NCBI GenBank assembly: GCA_963836075.1
Contig: CAWIIB010000009.1
Coordinates: 1,760,001 to 1,824,000 of the forward strand
Origin: an uncultured Acidobacteriota bacterium
Lineage (GTDB): Bacteria > Acidobacteriota > JAQAZP01
Direction of reading: 5' to 3'
Length of the DNA: 64,000 nt
The notes under the pieces are model-generated. The model was not told the DNA's origin, made no database searches, and saw only the letters and a list, made by a program, of their open reading frames with translations. Positions 30,365 to 40,412 of the stretch are shown here, in pieces. Both the position numbers and the translations under genes were made by a program. Each line of letters starts with the position of its first letter. The first letter of the stretch is position 1.

Positions 30365-31594
30365 CTACTGCTCCTCCGGGACTATTCCAAGCCACTGCAT
30401 GATCTTCGCCGCCCTGTCCCCCCAGCTGCAACTGCTGCGAACGTGATCGGAAACCGCGCGGTTGTCCTGGACCACTGCCCGGCGCAGCATCTGGTTGAAC
30501 TCGTGCCGGTTTTCGGCGATGTGACAGAATTGACCCACATCCTCAATACCGCTGGTTGAGGTCGCCACCACGGGCCGCCCCATTGACAGATATTCGTAGA
30601 TCTTCATCGGGCTGTTGTAGAGGGTGATTCTGTTTCTCCGGTGGGGCAGGATACCGGCATCGAAATGGTAGATATATCTCGGGACCTGGTCATACGGCCT
30701 GGGGCCGAGCCAATGAAGGTTCGGCGCTTCAAAATAGTCGATTTTCTCGATTGCGCCGATCATGACAAATGAGATCCCGGGGTTCTGCTGCACCAGGTAC
30801 TCCAGCAGCCCTGTATCCACGCGATTTTCAAACCGTCCCACATAGCCGGCAATCGGCCCTGGTATTGATGCGAGGTCTGCCGGCGGACCGAGCGCGGCCG
30901 CTCCGGCGGGGTCGAACAGATCGGGATCGACCCCGTTGGGTAGTTCCAGGATCCTTGATTGGTCAGCACCCAACTCGAGGAAAAACCTGGTCATCGGTGT
31001 CCCGTTGGAAATGATCCACACCCCCTCCCGTGCGATGCGGCGGTAACCGGCCAACATTGTATCGGGGCTCATCCAGGAACAGGCTTCACGGGTGATCAGC
31101 TCGCGGGCCATCTCGAGCCAGTTGTCTTCCGTGTCAAACACCTTGATCATTCTGGGGAACTGGTCGTACAAGCCAGCTTCAGCGGCATTGTACAACCAGA
31201 CGATTCCGGGATTTTCCGCTGTCAGCAGCCGGCCGGCACAGGATTTCAACCACGGGTGGAAACCGGCCGGTGTGCCTTTGTGCGCCCATGCGTTCAGGGG
31301 GTTGAGGACGCGCAGCCGGGCGTCCATGGCGGGTCGCCGGATGCCTGTTTGCGGATTGAGATACGGGGGAGTGCAGACGTTCAACAGTGCGTTTTTGAGC
31401 AGGGTCAGTGGTCTCTTGGGAAAGTAGTAGGGGTTTATATACACTATCCGCCCCACTGACTGGAAGGTGAGCAGGGCCTTGAGCAGTTGGCCGTTTCGGG
31501 TGGCGAAGCCGGAGGTGCAACAGGTCTGCCAGCCGTAGACCGACGCGATAACAACGTCGTAACCGGTGTTCTGTGGCAGAGTGTTCACGGTCAT
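30365..31594 (-). CDS. GT-B (GT4-like) glycosyltransferase
   Basis: LPNGVD, GYVG, SPMKIYEYLSMGRPVV. Confidence 0.88.
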   Translation of the reverse strand: MTVNTLPQNTGYDVVIASVYGWQTCCTSGFATRNGQLLKALLTFQSVGRIVYINPYYFPKRPLTLLKNALLNVCTPPYLNPQTGIRRPAMDARLRVLNPLNAWAHKGTPAGFHPWLKSCAGRLLTAENPGIVWLYNAAEAGLYDQFPRMIKVFDTEDNWLEMARELITREACSWMSPDTMLAGYRRIAREGVWIISNGTPMTRFFLELGADQSRILELPNGVDPDLFDPAGAAALGPPADLASIPGPIAGYVGRFENRVDTGLLEYLVQQNPGISFVMIGAIEKIDYFEAPNLHWLGPRPYDQVPRYIYHFDAGILPHRRNRITLYNSPMKIYEYLSMGRPVVATSTSGIEDVGQFCHIAENRHEFNQMLRRAVVQDNRAVSDHVRSSCSWGDRAAKIMQWLGIVPEEQ

Positions 31595-33699
31595 TGTAAA
31601 TAGCCGATGGCCCGGAGCCGGGCCTGAATGTCGTCGCTGAGCCCGGAGCTGTTCCCCTCCAGGCTGCGCGCCAGCTGGTCAAGGGCCTCCACGATGGCCC
31701 TGGCCTTCTCCCCTCCGGGTGAGCCGGGAAGGGGCTGATTTTCCCCGGGGTCGGCAGCCAGGTCGTACCAGGTCTCACTCTCCTGAGAATCCATGATCTC
31801 GCGGATGCACTTCAGCTCCCCCTTCCGTGCGCTCAGGTGGCATGTCGGGCCGGGATAGAGATAGATCGAAGCCGCGGTGGATATGCGGTCGTCGAACCGC
31901 GGCTGCTCCTCCGGGCTCCGGATCAGCGGCCAGAGACTCCTGCCGGGCAGCCCCTCCAGCGGCAGGCCTGCGGCCTCCAGGACCGTCGGCGCCAGGTCCA
32001 GGTTCTGCACCTGCTGCGACACCACGCGAACCCCGGCGGGGGCTGAAGCCGGCGGCTTGATCCACAGCGGCACGTGCAGCAGTTCCCGGTGGACCGAGTG
32101 GACATGTCCCCAGGACCCGTGTTCGAAGAACTCTTCGCCATGGTCCGAGCAGATCAGCAGCAGGCAACGGTCCCAGAGCCCCAGTGCCTTCAGCTGTTCG
32201 AACAGCTGCCCCAGGGCCTGGTCGGTGTGCCGGACTTCGGCATCGTAGCGGGTGAGGAGCTCATGCCGCTGTGCGGCGCCGACCTCGATGGTTCGCGCCT
32301 TTTCCTTCTGGGCGTAGAGAGCGGAGATGGTGATGGTCACCGGGCGATCCGCTCTGGTCATGCCGGCCCCGGGCCTGAAGCCGGGATGATCGTAATACGG
32401 GGTGTGGGGGTCCATCAGGTGGAGGTAGAGATAGAATTTCTGCTCCCGGTTTTGTTCGAGCCAGGAGAGCACCGAGGGAAACAGCCGGTCAACCCCCTGG
32501 TATCCCTGGTGCAGGGCCCGCAGCAGAATGCTGGTCAGGTTGTAGTTGCCTCGAAACAGCGAGTAGTGGTAGAACCGGCCGGGTTTCCCGGTGGAGTGGA
32601 ACTCCCGAAACCCCTGCTGGAACCCGTTGCGCCGTGAAATCAGCTCGTTGTCCGAGAAGGCGGCTGTGCGGTACCCGGCCTGGCCCAGCCGCTCGGCCAG
32701 CGTCACTTCCGATTCCTTCAGCGGGCCGGACACGGTCCCCAACCGGCAGGGATGCAGGCCGGTGAGCATGCTCGAGGTGGAGGGAACCGTCCAGGGCGCC
32801 TGGCTGGTGCAGTCCGCAAACCTCACCGCCCCGTCCTCCTCGAGGGCGGCCAGCAGCGGTGAGGTATCCTGCGGTCCGCCGTACGCCGACATCCGGTCAG
32901 CACGAAGCGTGTCGATGGTCACCATGATGACCGGAGGGCCGTCCGGGTTGTCGCCCGTTGCCGCGGCAGGAACGGGGGGGCGGGCCTTCCTCTCCTGCCA
33001 GCCGGTGATACCCTCCGCCGCCAGGTTCGCACACAGCAGTCCCAGGGCCAGAACGGCCCAGATACGCAGGCTCCGCATCCGGAAGTCCCGCCGATAGCCG
33101 AACAGGGCCAGCCCGCCGGCACAGATGGAAATGCCGGCCAGCACACCGAGGCCGGCAGGCGATAGGCGAGAGAGACCAAGGGTCAGAGGAATGGTCAGCC
33201 CGCTGAACAGCACGGCATTCAGAAAAAAGAGAAGAGCCCGTTGGGCGGCCCATCCCCGTGTCGCGAGGGCCATAGCCCGGGCAAGCTCTACGCTCAAAAT
33301 GAAGTACAGGGTGGGGGGGACGAGAGCGCAGGCCATGGTGTGCACGCTCAAATCGGGATGGATGCGATAGAACGTGGAGAGACGAAGGAAGAGGTGCAGG
33401 CCGGAAGCGGCCCAGCATGCCGTGTAGAACCTGTCGGCATTTGCCTGCCAGAGTGCGCGCCAGCGCAATCCGAAGTACACCGTTCCCGGCAGGGCCCCGA
33501 TTCCAAGGTAGATCAACAGCGCGATGCAGGGCCCTGAACGGAGGGCGGTCAGCGATTCAAAACCCTCCCCGGACATGGTCCCCTGGACGATCATGCCCAG
33601 GGTTTCCAGCATCCAGAGAAGGAGCATGGTCAGGGTGGCGGTCAGCAGGCCGAAGAGCAGTGATCGACCCCATCCAACCTTTTTCGGTGCCTGGGGCAT
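31591..33699 (-). CDS. Membrane-anchored sulfatase-like hydrolase/transferase
   Basis: About 7 N-terminal TM segments; TIDTLRAD, APWTVPSTSSMLTG, DPHTPY, SDHGEEF, ARLRAIGYL. Confidence 0.88.
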   Translation of the reverse strand: MPQAPKKVGWGRSLLFGLLTATLTMLLLWMLETLGMIVQGTMSGEGFESLTALRSGPCIALLIYLGIGALPGTVYFGLRWRALWQANADRFYTACWAASGLHLFLRLSTFYRIHPDLSVHTMACALVPPTLYFILSVELARAMALATRGWAAQRALLFFLNAVLFSGLTIPLTLGLSRLSPAGLGVLAGISICAGGLALFGYRRDFRMRSLRIWAVLALGLLCANLAAEGITGWQERKARPPVPAAATGDNPDGPPVIMVTIDTLRADRMSAYGGPQDTSPLLAALEEDGAVRFADCTSQAPWTVPSTSSMLTGLHPCRLGTVSGPLKESEVTLAERLGQAGYRTAAFSDNELISRRNGFQQGFREFHSTGKPGRFYHYSLFRGNYNLTSILLRALHQGYQGVDRLFPSVLSWLEQNREQKFYLYLHLMDPHTPYYDHPGFRPGAGMTRADRPVTITISALYAQKEKARTIEVGAAQRHELLTRYDAEVRHTDQALGQLFEQLKALGLWDRCLLLICSDHGEEFFEHGSWGHVHSVHRELLHVPLWIKPPASAPAGVRVVSQQVQNLDLAPTVLEAAGLPLEGLPGRSLWPLIRSPEEQPRFDDRISTAASIYLYPGPTCHLSARKGELKCIREIMDSQESETWYDLAADPGENQPLPGSPGGEKARAIVEALDQLARSLEGNSSGLSDDIQARLRAIGYLQ

Positions 33700-33713
33700 T
33701 CGTCGGCTCCGTG

Positions 33714-34958
33714 CTACGGCAGCTCTCCGGCCGCCACGGCCTTGAACAGCTCGCCCAGCAGGGCGGCATTGCGCTTGCGGTCATACTCCCGGAGCACCTT
33801 CTCCCGCCCCGCCTTTCCCATCTGCCGCCGGAGCTCGGGGGCGCGGCCCAGCCGCTCCATCGCCTCGGCCAGCGCCGCGCTGTCACGTTGGGGCACGAGG
33901 ATGCCGGTCACCCCGTTCTCCACTATCTCCGGGATACCGGAGAGCTGGCTGGACACCACCGGCAGGCCGGAGGACATGGCCTCGATGATCACGTTGGGCA
34001 GCCCTTCCCGCAGGCCCTCGGTGGTGTGCACGCTGGGGGTCACGCTGAGGTCGGCCGTGCGCAGGAGCCGGGCCACCTCGTCGCGGGGCAGACTGCCGTG
34101 GATCACGAATTGCTCGCTGAGCCCCGCCGCCGCGATCTGCGCTTCCACCTCGCCGCGCAGCGGCCCGTAACCCACCAGGTGGCAGACGAAGTCCAGGCCG
34201 CGGTCCGCCAGCAGGCGGCAGGCCTCCACCAGGTAGCGGTGGCCCTTCACTTCGAGGAAGGATCCGACGCAGACGATCTGCAGCGGCCCGGAGGGCACCC
34301 GCTGAAAATCGGGCGAGAAGGTGTCGAACTGCACACCGTAGCGGACCACGTTGAACCTGGCCCGCGTCCACTCGCCGTACGATTCGGCCATCAAGTCCCT
34401 GATGTTCTCCGAGCAGCTGACGGCAAAGGATGCGGCGGCGATCTTCCGCTCCAGCATGGTGGTGTCCACGTGCACGTCGTGGCCGTGGGTGGAGAAGCTG
34501 AAGGGCAGGCCGGTGAGCCGGTGGATGATCAGCGCGGCCACGGTGGGGTGGGTGGCGAAGTGGGCGTGGACGTGATCGAAGCCCTGCTCTTCCAGCTCCC
34601 GGGCGAACAGGGTGGCCTTGGGGAAGATCCCGATGGCGCCAACAAAGAAATTGGCGCTGCCCAGGGTGCCGGTGAAAACTTCCCAGAGCACCCTGAAGTA
34701 GGCCACCGGCCGCCGGAACAGATAATAAAGCATGGCCCGGAGGATCTTGAAAGAGAAAAATGGATGGAAATGGGCCTCATCAAGGACTTTTTCCGCTTCT
34801 GGATGGACAATCTTTTCGTTTTCCCGCAGTAGCGGATAGAATTCAACAGAATAGCCCAGCTCCCTCAGGGTCAGAATCTCATAAAGTATGAAAGTTTCCG
34901 TCAGTTTTGGGAAACGGGACATGATGAAGGCGATTTTCAGTGGTTTATTGTCAGTCAA
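33714..34958 (-). CDS. GT4 glycosyltransferase (WcaL-like)
   Basis: FPKLTETFI, HVHAHFA, EGLPNVIIEAM; probable TTG start at 34958 with GGAG RBS. Confidence 0.88.
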   Translation of the reverse strand: MTDNKPLKIAFIMSRFPKLTETFILYEILTLRELGYSVEFYPLLRENEKIVHPEAEKVLDEAHFHPFFSFKILRAMLYYLFRRPVAYFRVLWEVFTGTLGSANFFVGAIGIFPKATLFARELEEQGFDHVHAHFATHPTVAALIIHRLTGLPFSFSTHGHDVHVDTTMLERKIAAASFAVSCSENIRDLMAESYGEWTRARFNVVRYGVQFDTFSPDFQRVPSGPLQIVCVGSFLEVKGHRYLVEACRLLADRGLDFVCHLVGYGPLRGEVEAQIAAAGLSEQFVIHGSLPRDEVARLLRTADLSVTPSVHTTEGLREGLPNVIIEAMSSGLPVVSSQLSGIPEIVENGVTGILVPQRDSAALAEAMERLGRAPELRRQMGKAGREKVLREYDRKRNAALLGELFKAVAAGELP

Positions 34959-35148
34959 ACAGTGCTGCTCCCGGGATGTGGCCGCCTTCTTTCCGTGGAT
35001 CAACGGATGACCTTTGTCTTTCCTGTTGATAAAAACATAACAGATATGTATATTTGATGGCAAGTGGTCCGGCCAGCGATGGCTCCGGACATCTCCACCA
35101 TCCTTCACCCATTGCACCGGCCTGACGGCCACTGGTCATGAGGTTGAA

Positions 35149-36126
35149 ATGCTCGATCTATCCTCGGTCTATTTCGGGAAGAAGGTCTTCATCACCGGAG
35201 GGTGCGGCTTCATCGGCCACGCCGTGGCCACCAGGCTGGTGGAGCTGGGGGCGCTGGTCACCGTTTACGACTGCCGGTTGAGCCGGAAGAATCCCGAGAT
35301 CAATTACATTGAGGGCGATGTCCGTGATCCGGATCGGCTGGAACAGGCCATGGCGGGCCAGCAATACGTGTTCCACACGTCCGCCATCCTGGGCGTGGAG
35401 AAGATCATCGATATCCCGCTGGAGGTGCTGGAGATCAACCTGGGAGGCACGGTACATGCTCTTCGTGCCGCGGCCGCCGTGGGCGCGGAGCGATTCCTCT
35501 TCACCTCCTCTTCGGAAGTCTATGGCGAGCCGCGCAAAACCCCCATCGCCGAGGATGACCTCACGGCCCCCGTCTCCACCTATGGTGTGGCCAAACTGGC
35601 TGCCGAAGCCTGGTGCCGGGCCTTCTGCCAGGAGGCCGGTCTCAACTGCACCATCATCCGGCTGTTCAATATTTACGGACCGGGGCAGACCGAAAAATTC
35701 GTCATGCCCAAGTTCATCGCCCGGGTGATGGACAACCAGCCGCCGATCATCTTCGGCAACGGTGAGCAGTCGCGGTCCTACACCTTCATCACCGATGCTG
35801 TCCGCGGCATCCTGCTGGCCGCCGCCGCGGACGACGCCGTGGGCCAGACTTTCAACATCGGTAACGACCAGGAGATCAGCCTCAATGAACTGGCCCGGTT
35901 CATCATCAATCACTCGGGCTACGACCTGGAGCCGACCTACCGGCCCTTCGGTGACGGCATCCGGGTGGAAACCCGTGAGATTCTGAGGAGGCAGCCCGAT
36001 ATCAGCAAGGCACGCCGTGTCCTCGGATTCAGAATATCGGTACCCTGGCCCGAAGGCGTGGCGCGGTTCACGGAAAGCTATATCCAACAGAACAAGATGT
36101 CCCGACTGCTGTCCGAGCAGCACTGA
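35149..36126 (+). CDS. NAD-dependent nucleotide-sugar epimerase/dehydratase
   Basis: TGGCGFIG, TSSSEVYG, YGVAK, FNIYGPGQ. Confidence 0.92.
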   Translation: MLDLSSVYFGKKVFITGGCGFIGHAVATRLVELGALVTVYDCRLSRKNPEINYIEGDVRDPDRLEQAMAGQQYVFHTSAILGVEKIIDIPLEVLEINLGGTVHALRAAAAVGAERFLFTSSSEVYGEPRKTPIAEDDLTAPVSTYGVAKLAAEAWCRAFCQEAGLNCTIIRLFNIYGPGQTEKFVMPKFIARVMDNQPPIIFGNGEQSRSYTFITDAVRGILLAAAADDAVGQTFNIGNDQEISLNELARFIINHSGYDLEPTYRPFGDGIRVETREILRRQPDISKARRVLGFRISVPWPEGVARFTESYIQQNKMSRLLSEQH

Positions 36127-36169
36127 TCATTTCACTCCGCCGCTTCTACGGATGCTGAGAGGACCAACC

Positions 36170-37390
36170 ATGGAACGGATCAGGATCGCCACCCTGTTCA
36201 ACCGGCTGAACATCGGGGGCGATGAGAACCGGGTGCTCAATTACGCCCGTTCCTATGACCGGGACCGCTTCGACTACCGGATGGTGGTGCTGGTCCGTCC
36301 CACAAAGGAGCAGGAAGATGCCGCCGGTCCCATGCTGGCCCGGTTCGAGGAGCATGGCATCCTGGTGGATTTCCTCGACGAGACAGCGCGCTTGACCTAC
36401 CGCCGCCTCCCCTTTCCCCTTTCCACGTTGCGCGACCTTGGCGCCTTCGGCAGGGTGGGGCTCCGGCTGGTCCGCTATTTTCGCCGGCACCGGATCGATG
36501 TGCTGGACACCCGGGGGGTGAACACCATCGCTCTCGGCTCGCTGGCTGCACGGCTGGCCGGCGTGCCGGTGATCCTGGCCACCGAGTATTTCCTCGACAA
36601 TTGGAAATCCGGCTTCGGGCCTTTTCTTCGCCGGCACCTCTTCCGATTCGTTGATGCCCTGGTCACCGACTCGCACACCCGCACCCGCGATTTCCGGGCC
36701 TACTTCCCGCGCAGCGATGGCCGGGTGTACATGGTGCCCAACGGCATCTTTCCCCCGCAGACCGCCCTCAGCCGTGCGGAAGCCAGAACCCGGATGGGTG
36801 TGCCGGACCACCCGGATACCGTGGTGCTGGGCCAGGTCAGCCGGTTGATCAAGTACAAGGGACATGAAGTGCTGCTCCAGGCCGCGCCGCGGATCCTGGA
36901 GCAGGTGCCCGGAGCCTTCTTCATCATCTGCGGATTCGCCGCACGGTTCTCCGACTACGAAGAGCAGTTGAACCGCATGGCGGTGGAGCTGGGCCTTGCG
37001 GACCGCGTGCGCATTGGCGGCTACCCGGGCCCCATCGCCGATGTCTGGGCCGCGGTGGACCTCCACGTCCACGCCACGGTCTACGATTCCTCGCCCATCG
37101 CGATCCACGAGACCATGGCCCTTGGCCTGCCCGCGGTGGCCTCGGCCACCGGAGACATTCCCGACCTGATCGAGGACGGCCGAACCGGGCTGCTGGTCCC
37201 CCCCGGCGATTCCGATGCCCTGGCCGCCGCGGTGATCCGCGTCCTCACCGAGGACGGACTGGCCGCCCGTCTCGGCGCGGCGGCCCGCCTGCGCTACGAG
37301 GCCAACCACCGCCCCGAGATCATGGCCCGCGGCCTGGAGCGGATCATGCTGGAGATTCTGGGGAAGAAGAGGGGACCGCAGTTACCCTGA
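36170..37390 (+). CDS. GT4 glycosyltransferase
   Basis: VPNGI, SRLIKYKGH, ETMALGLPAVAS, TGLLVPPGD. Confidence 0.88.
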   Translation: MERIRIATLFNRLNIGGDENRVLNYARSYDRDRFDYRMVVLVRPTKEQEDAAGPMLARFEEHGILVDFLDETARLTYRRLPFPLSTLRDLGAFGRVGLRLVRYFRRHRIDVLDTRGVNTIALGSLAARLAGVPVILATEYFLDNWKSGFGPFLRRHLFRFVDALVTDSHTRTRDFRAYFPRSDGRVYMVPNGIFPPQTALSRAEARTRMGVPDHPDTVVLGQVSRLIKYKGHEVLLQAAPRILEQVPGAFFIICGFAARFSDYEEQLNRMAVELGLADRVRIGGYPGPIADVWAAVDLHVHATVYDSSPIAIHETMALGLPAVASATGDIPDLIEDGRTGLLVPPGDSDALAAAVIRVLTEDGLAARLGAAARLRYEANHRPEIMARGLERIMLEILGKKRGPQLP

Positions 37391-37416
37391 GTGGCTCGCC
37401 TCGCCGTGGTCGAAAT

Positions 37417-37632
37417 TCAAATCCCCCCGACGATCGTCTTGATGACTGAGCCGTTGTAAGCGATTGCCCAGCCGGTCTGACTGCCTGCGAAGGAGACGCC
37501 CACGAGGGAAGCAGGCGTGGTGGCATCCTGTTCATTCCAGGTGGCACCGCCGTCATTCGTATGGAGAATCATGCTGGTGTTGTCGTTCCATCCCCCGACG
37601 GCCCAGAGTTTGCCGCTGCCCTGGCACGCAAG
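37417..37632 (-). pseudogene. Fragment of a YCF48/BNR-repeat protein
   Basis: Minus frame reads KLWAVGGWNDNTSMILHTNDGGATWNEQ...VGVSFAGSQTGWAIAYNGSVIKT; in-frame stops upstream and no signal peptide. Confidence 0.65.
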
Positions 37633-37995
37633 TAATCCTGGGCCAGTTCACCCATTTGTTGCGCCGGATGCATGTCATCCTGAGACGATTGACGCATGCG
37701 TCGGTAAGTGCAACATCATCAAACATTACGGAATTTACAGGAGGGAGGTCCGTCTGAATATGTCCGGTAAAATATTCGTTGCATATAATACCTATAGTGT
37801 ATATATTCAATTGCGCTGCACTGGATGACAAGGAATCTGCAATACAGGTTGACAGACTGTTGTATGCCTTGGCCTCTTTGCGTCCTTCCAACTAAAACCT
37901 GATCGAACTTCAAGGCCCTCGGTATCTGTTTTTCAATGAGTATTGCCGTGGAGCTGAACAACTGCGACACACAACAAACAAGAGGAGTCAGGCCA

Positions 37996-39579
37996 ATGAA
38001 GTTCTCTACCATTATTGCCAAGCGCATCCCAGGTTTACTCTTCTGTGCTCTTTTGACCGGAATCGTTATCATCGCCGTCCCGGTCTGGGGCCAGGTGATC
38101 AATGAGGATACCAAGCTGGTGGCAAACGACGGCGCGGCGTATGACGGGTTCGGCAAGTCCGTCGCCATCGCCGGCGGCATGATCGCCATCGGGGCCTGGG
38201 ATGATGACGACAATGGCCCCGGTTCGGGGTCCGCCTACGTGTTCGATGCGGCCACCGGCGGGCAGTTGGTCAAGCTCCTCCCGAACGACGGGGGTGCCGG
38301 TGAAGCATTTGGCATATCCATCGCCATCGACAACGGGATCGTTGCCGTGGGGGCGTGGAGTGACGGGGATAGCGGCACATGGTCCGGCTCCGCCTATCTC
38401 TTCGATGCTTCCACCGGTACACAGCTCTTCAAGCTCCTCTCCACCGATGGAGCCGCGGACGACTGGTTCGGCAGTTCCATCGCCATCGCTGACGGCATCG
38501 TCGCCGTCGGGGCCTACAAAGACGACGACAACGGCACCAACTCCGGCTCCGCCTATCTCTTCGATGCCTCCACCGGAATGCAGCTCTTCAAACTCCTCCC
38601 CGATGACGGCAGTGAGGACGATGAATTCGGCAACTCCATTGCCATCGCTGGGGGAGTGGTCGCCGTTGGGGCGCACCAGGACAACCCCTACGATTCCTGG
38701 TCCGGGTCAGCATATCTGTTCGATGCGTCCACCGGCCTGCAGCTCGCCAAACTCATCCCGCTTGACGGAGAAGCCCTCGACCAGTTCGGCGAGTCGATCG
38801 ACATCGACGGTGATGTTGTTGCCGTCGGGGCACGGTTCGGCGATACCTTCGGCCATGGCTGGGCGTATCTGTTCGATGCCACCTCCGGCGCTCAGACGGC
38901 CAAACTCGTTCCAGCCGACCCGGCGATCGGAGCCAACTTCGGCATGTCCGTCGGCATCGACAATGGTGAGGTGGTTGTTGGGGCCTTCAAGGACGACGAC
39001 AATGGTTTCCAGTCCGGCTCCGCGTACCGTTTTGATGCTTCCAGCGGAGCAGAGACCGCCAAACTCCTCCCCAGCGACGGAGCGTCGGGAGACTACTTCG
39101 GCCAGTCCATCGCCATCGAAAATGGTGTCGTCGTCGTTGGAGCACTCCAGGACGACGACAACGGCCTCAGCTCCGGCTCCGCCTATGTTTTTGGCACCCC
39201 GGGTTTCACGTCCACGGTGTCGGCAGCGATGACCTGCAAGCCGTCCTCGGGAACGGTGCCCTTCGTGACGCTGATGACGGTGACGCTGAATAACCTATAC
39301 CTGGATCAGATCCGGCGGGTGTCGGCCCATCTGGACGTGGTATTGGCCGGCGGCGCCGAGTACCCCAACTGGCGGGCCGGGTATACCAACGTGGCTGCGG
39401 GGTCCAGCCTCATCTCCTCCTGGAACCAGAACATCCCGTCACTGGGCGCAGTGATCGGGAACAATGTGTTCACGGTGGTGGCCCAGGACGTGACGCCTGC
39501 GCCATACAACCAGCCGCCCTACCCGCCGGCGGGGGACACGGCCACTGCCGGCTGCACGGTTACCGGGGTATCGCCATAG
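37996..39579 (+). CDS. Secreted FG-GAP repeat (integrin alpha-like propeller) protein with tail B
   Basis: Seven FGxSIAI..VAVGA..DDDNG..SGSAYLFD repeats; signal peptide; GAGGAG RBS. Confidence 0.9.
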   Translation: MKFSTIIAKRIPGLLFCALLTGIVIIAVPVWGQVINEDTKLVANDGAAYDGFGKSVAIAGGMIAIGAWDDDDNGPGSGSAYVFDAATGGQLVKLLPNDGGAGEAFGISIAIDNGIVAVGAWSDGDSGTWSGSAYLFDASTGTQLFKLLSTDGAADDWFGSSIAIADGIVAVGAYKDDDNGTNSGSAYLFDASTGMQLFKLLPDDGSEDDEFGNSIAIAGGVVAVGAHQDNPYDSWSGSAYLFDASTGLQLAKLIPLDGEALDQFGESIDIDGDVVAVGARFGDTFGHGWAYLFDATSGAQTAKLVPADPAIGANFGMSVGIDNGEVVVGAFKDDDNGFQSGSAYRFDASSGAETAKLLPSDGASGDYFGQSIAIENGVVVVGALQDDDNGLSSGSAYVFGTPGFTSTVSAAMTCKPSSGTVPFVTLMTVTLNNLYLDQIRRVSAHLDVVLAGGAEYPNWRAGYTNVAAGSSLISSWNQNIPSLGAVIGNNVFTVVAQDVTPAPYNQPPYPPAGDTATAGCTVTGVSP

Positions 39580-39605
39580 TGTGAAGCACCACAGGTGCCG
39601 GGACG

Positions 39606-39642
39606 AAAATGGGGACTGGCAGCTTTTTGCCTGTCCCCGATT
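39606..39642. terminator. Hairpin between convergent genes
   Basis: GGGGACTGGCAG / TTGCCTGTCCCC. Confidence 0.55.
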
Positions 39643-39656
39643 ATTTCCCGGGCAGA

Positions 39657-40412
39657 TCATTTCTTCCCCGAAATCCTGGCCTTCAGCCTGGCGATCCGTG
39701 CCTTGCACTCGTCCTGCTCCAGTGACCAGAGCTGCTGCTCCAGTTCCAGACTTACGGCTTCGCCATGGTCGGTCACCGCGGCCATGCCACGCATGGTGGA
39801 CTTGAGACGCCGGGCCAGTTCCGGCGGTGTTGAGGCGGCGTGCCGGGCCAGACGGATGGCTTCCTCGAGCAGCACATCGTCATCGACGCACTTCCAGGCC
39901 AACCCGCGGTCAACTGCCGCCTCGCCGACCAGTGGTTCTCCGCAGAGCACCACCGCCGCCGCTCCCTGGGGACCGAGCAGCTGCTGCATCATCCAGGTGT
40001 GGCCGCCCCCCGGGTGCAGGGCGATGTCGATGAAGCGGGACTCGAATCGGGCTTTACTTGAGGCCACTCTCACGTCGCAGGCCAGGGCGAGGTTCAGCCC
40101 GGCGCCCACGGCCGGACCGTTCACCGCGGCGATGGTGGGGTAGGGGAAGTTGGCCACGGCCAGGAACCCGCTGTAGATCCGCTCCAGCTTTTTCCGGTCG
40201 GCCTGCTCCAGGTCGTCGAGAACCGCGCCGGCGGAAAAGGCCGGCGGCGCGCCGGTGATTACCAGCGCTCCGGTTTCACCCGCGGCCAACAGTCCGTCGA
40301 GGGCGCCGACGATATCTTCGGCCAGGGCCAGTGAGATGGCGTTGCGGCGGCCCGGGTCGTTGAGGGTGAGGACGGCCACGCGGTCCTGGGTTTCGATGCG
40401 GATCAGGTTCAT
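39657..40412 (-). CDS. Enoyl-CoA hydratase/isomerase family protein
   Basis: LNDPGRRNAI, AFSAG, AVNGPAVGAG..LALACD. Confidence 0.9.
   Translation of the reverse strand: MNLIRIETQDRVAVLTLNDPGRRNAISLALAEDIVGALDGLLAAGETGALVITGAPPAFSAGAVLDDLEQADRKKLERIYSGFLAVANFPYPTIAAVNGPAVGAGLNLALACDVRVASSKARFESRFIDIALHPGGGHTWMMQQLLGPQGAAAVVLCGEPLVGEAAVDRGLAWKCVDDDVLLEEAIRLARHAASTPPELARRLKSTMRGMAAVTDHGEAVSLELEQQLWSLEQDECKARIARLKARISGKK

Noticed and set aside
29006-33699. Sulfatase plus anaerobic sulfatase-maturase pair
   Set aside because: The sulfatase-fold protein lacks the (C/S)xPxR maturation motif.
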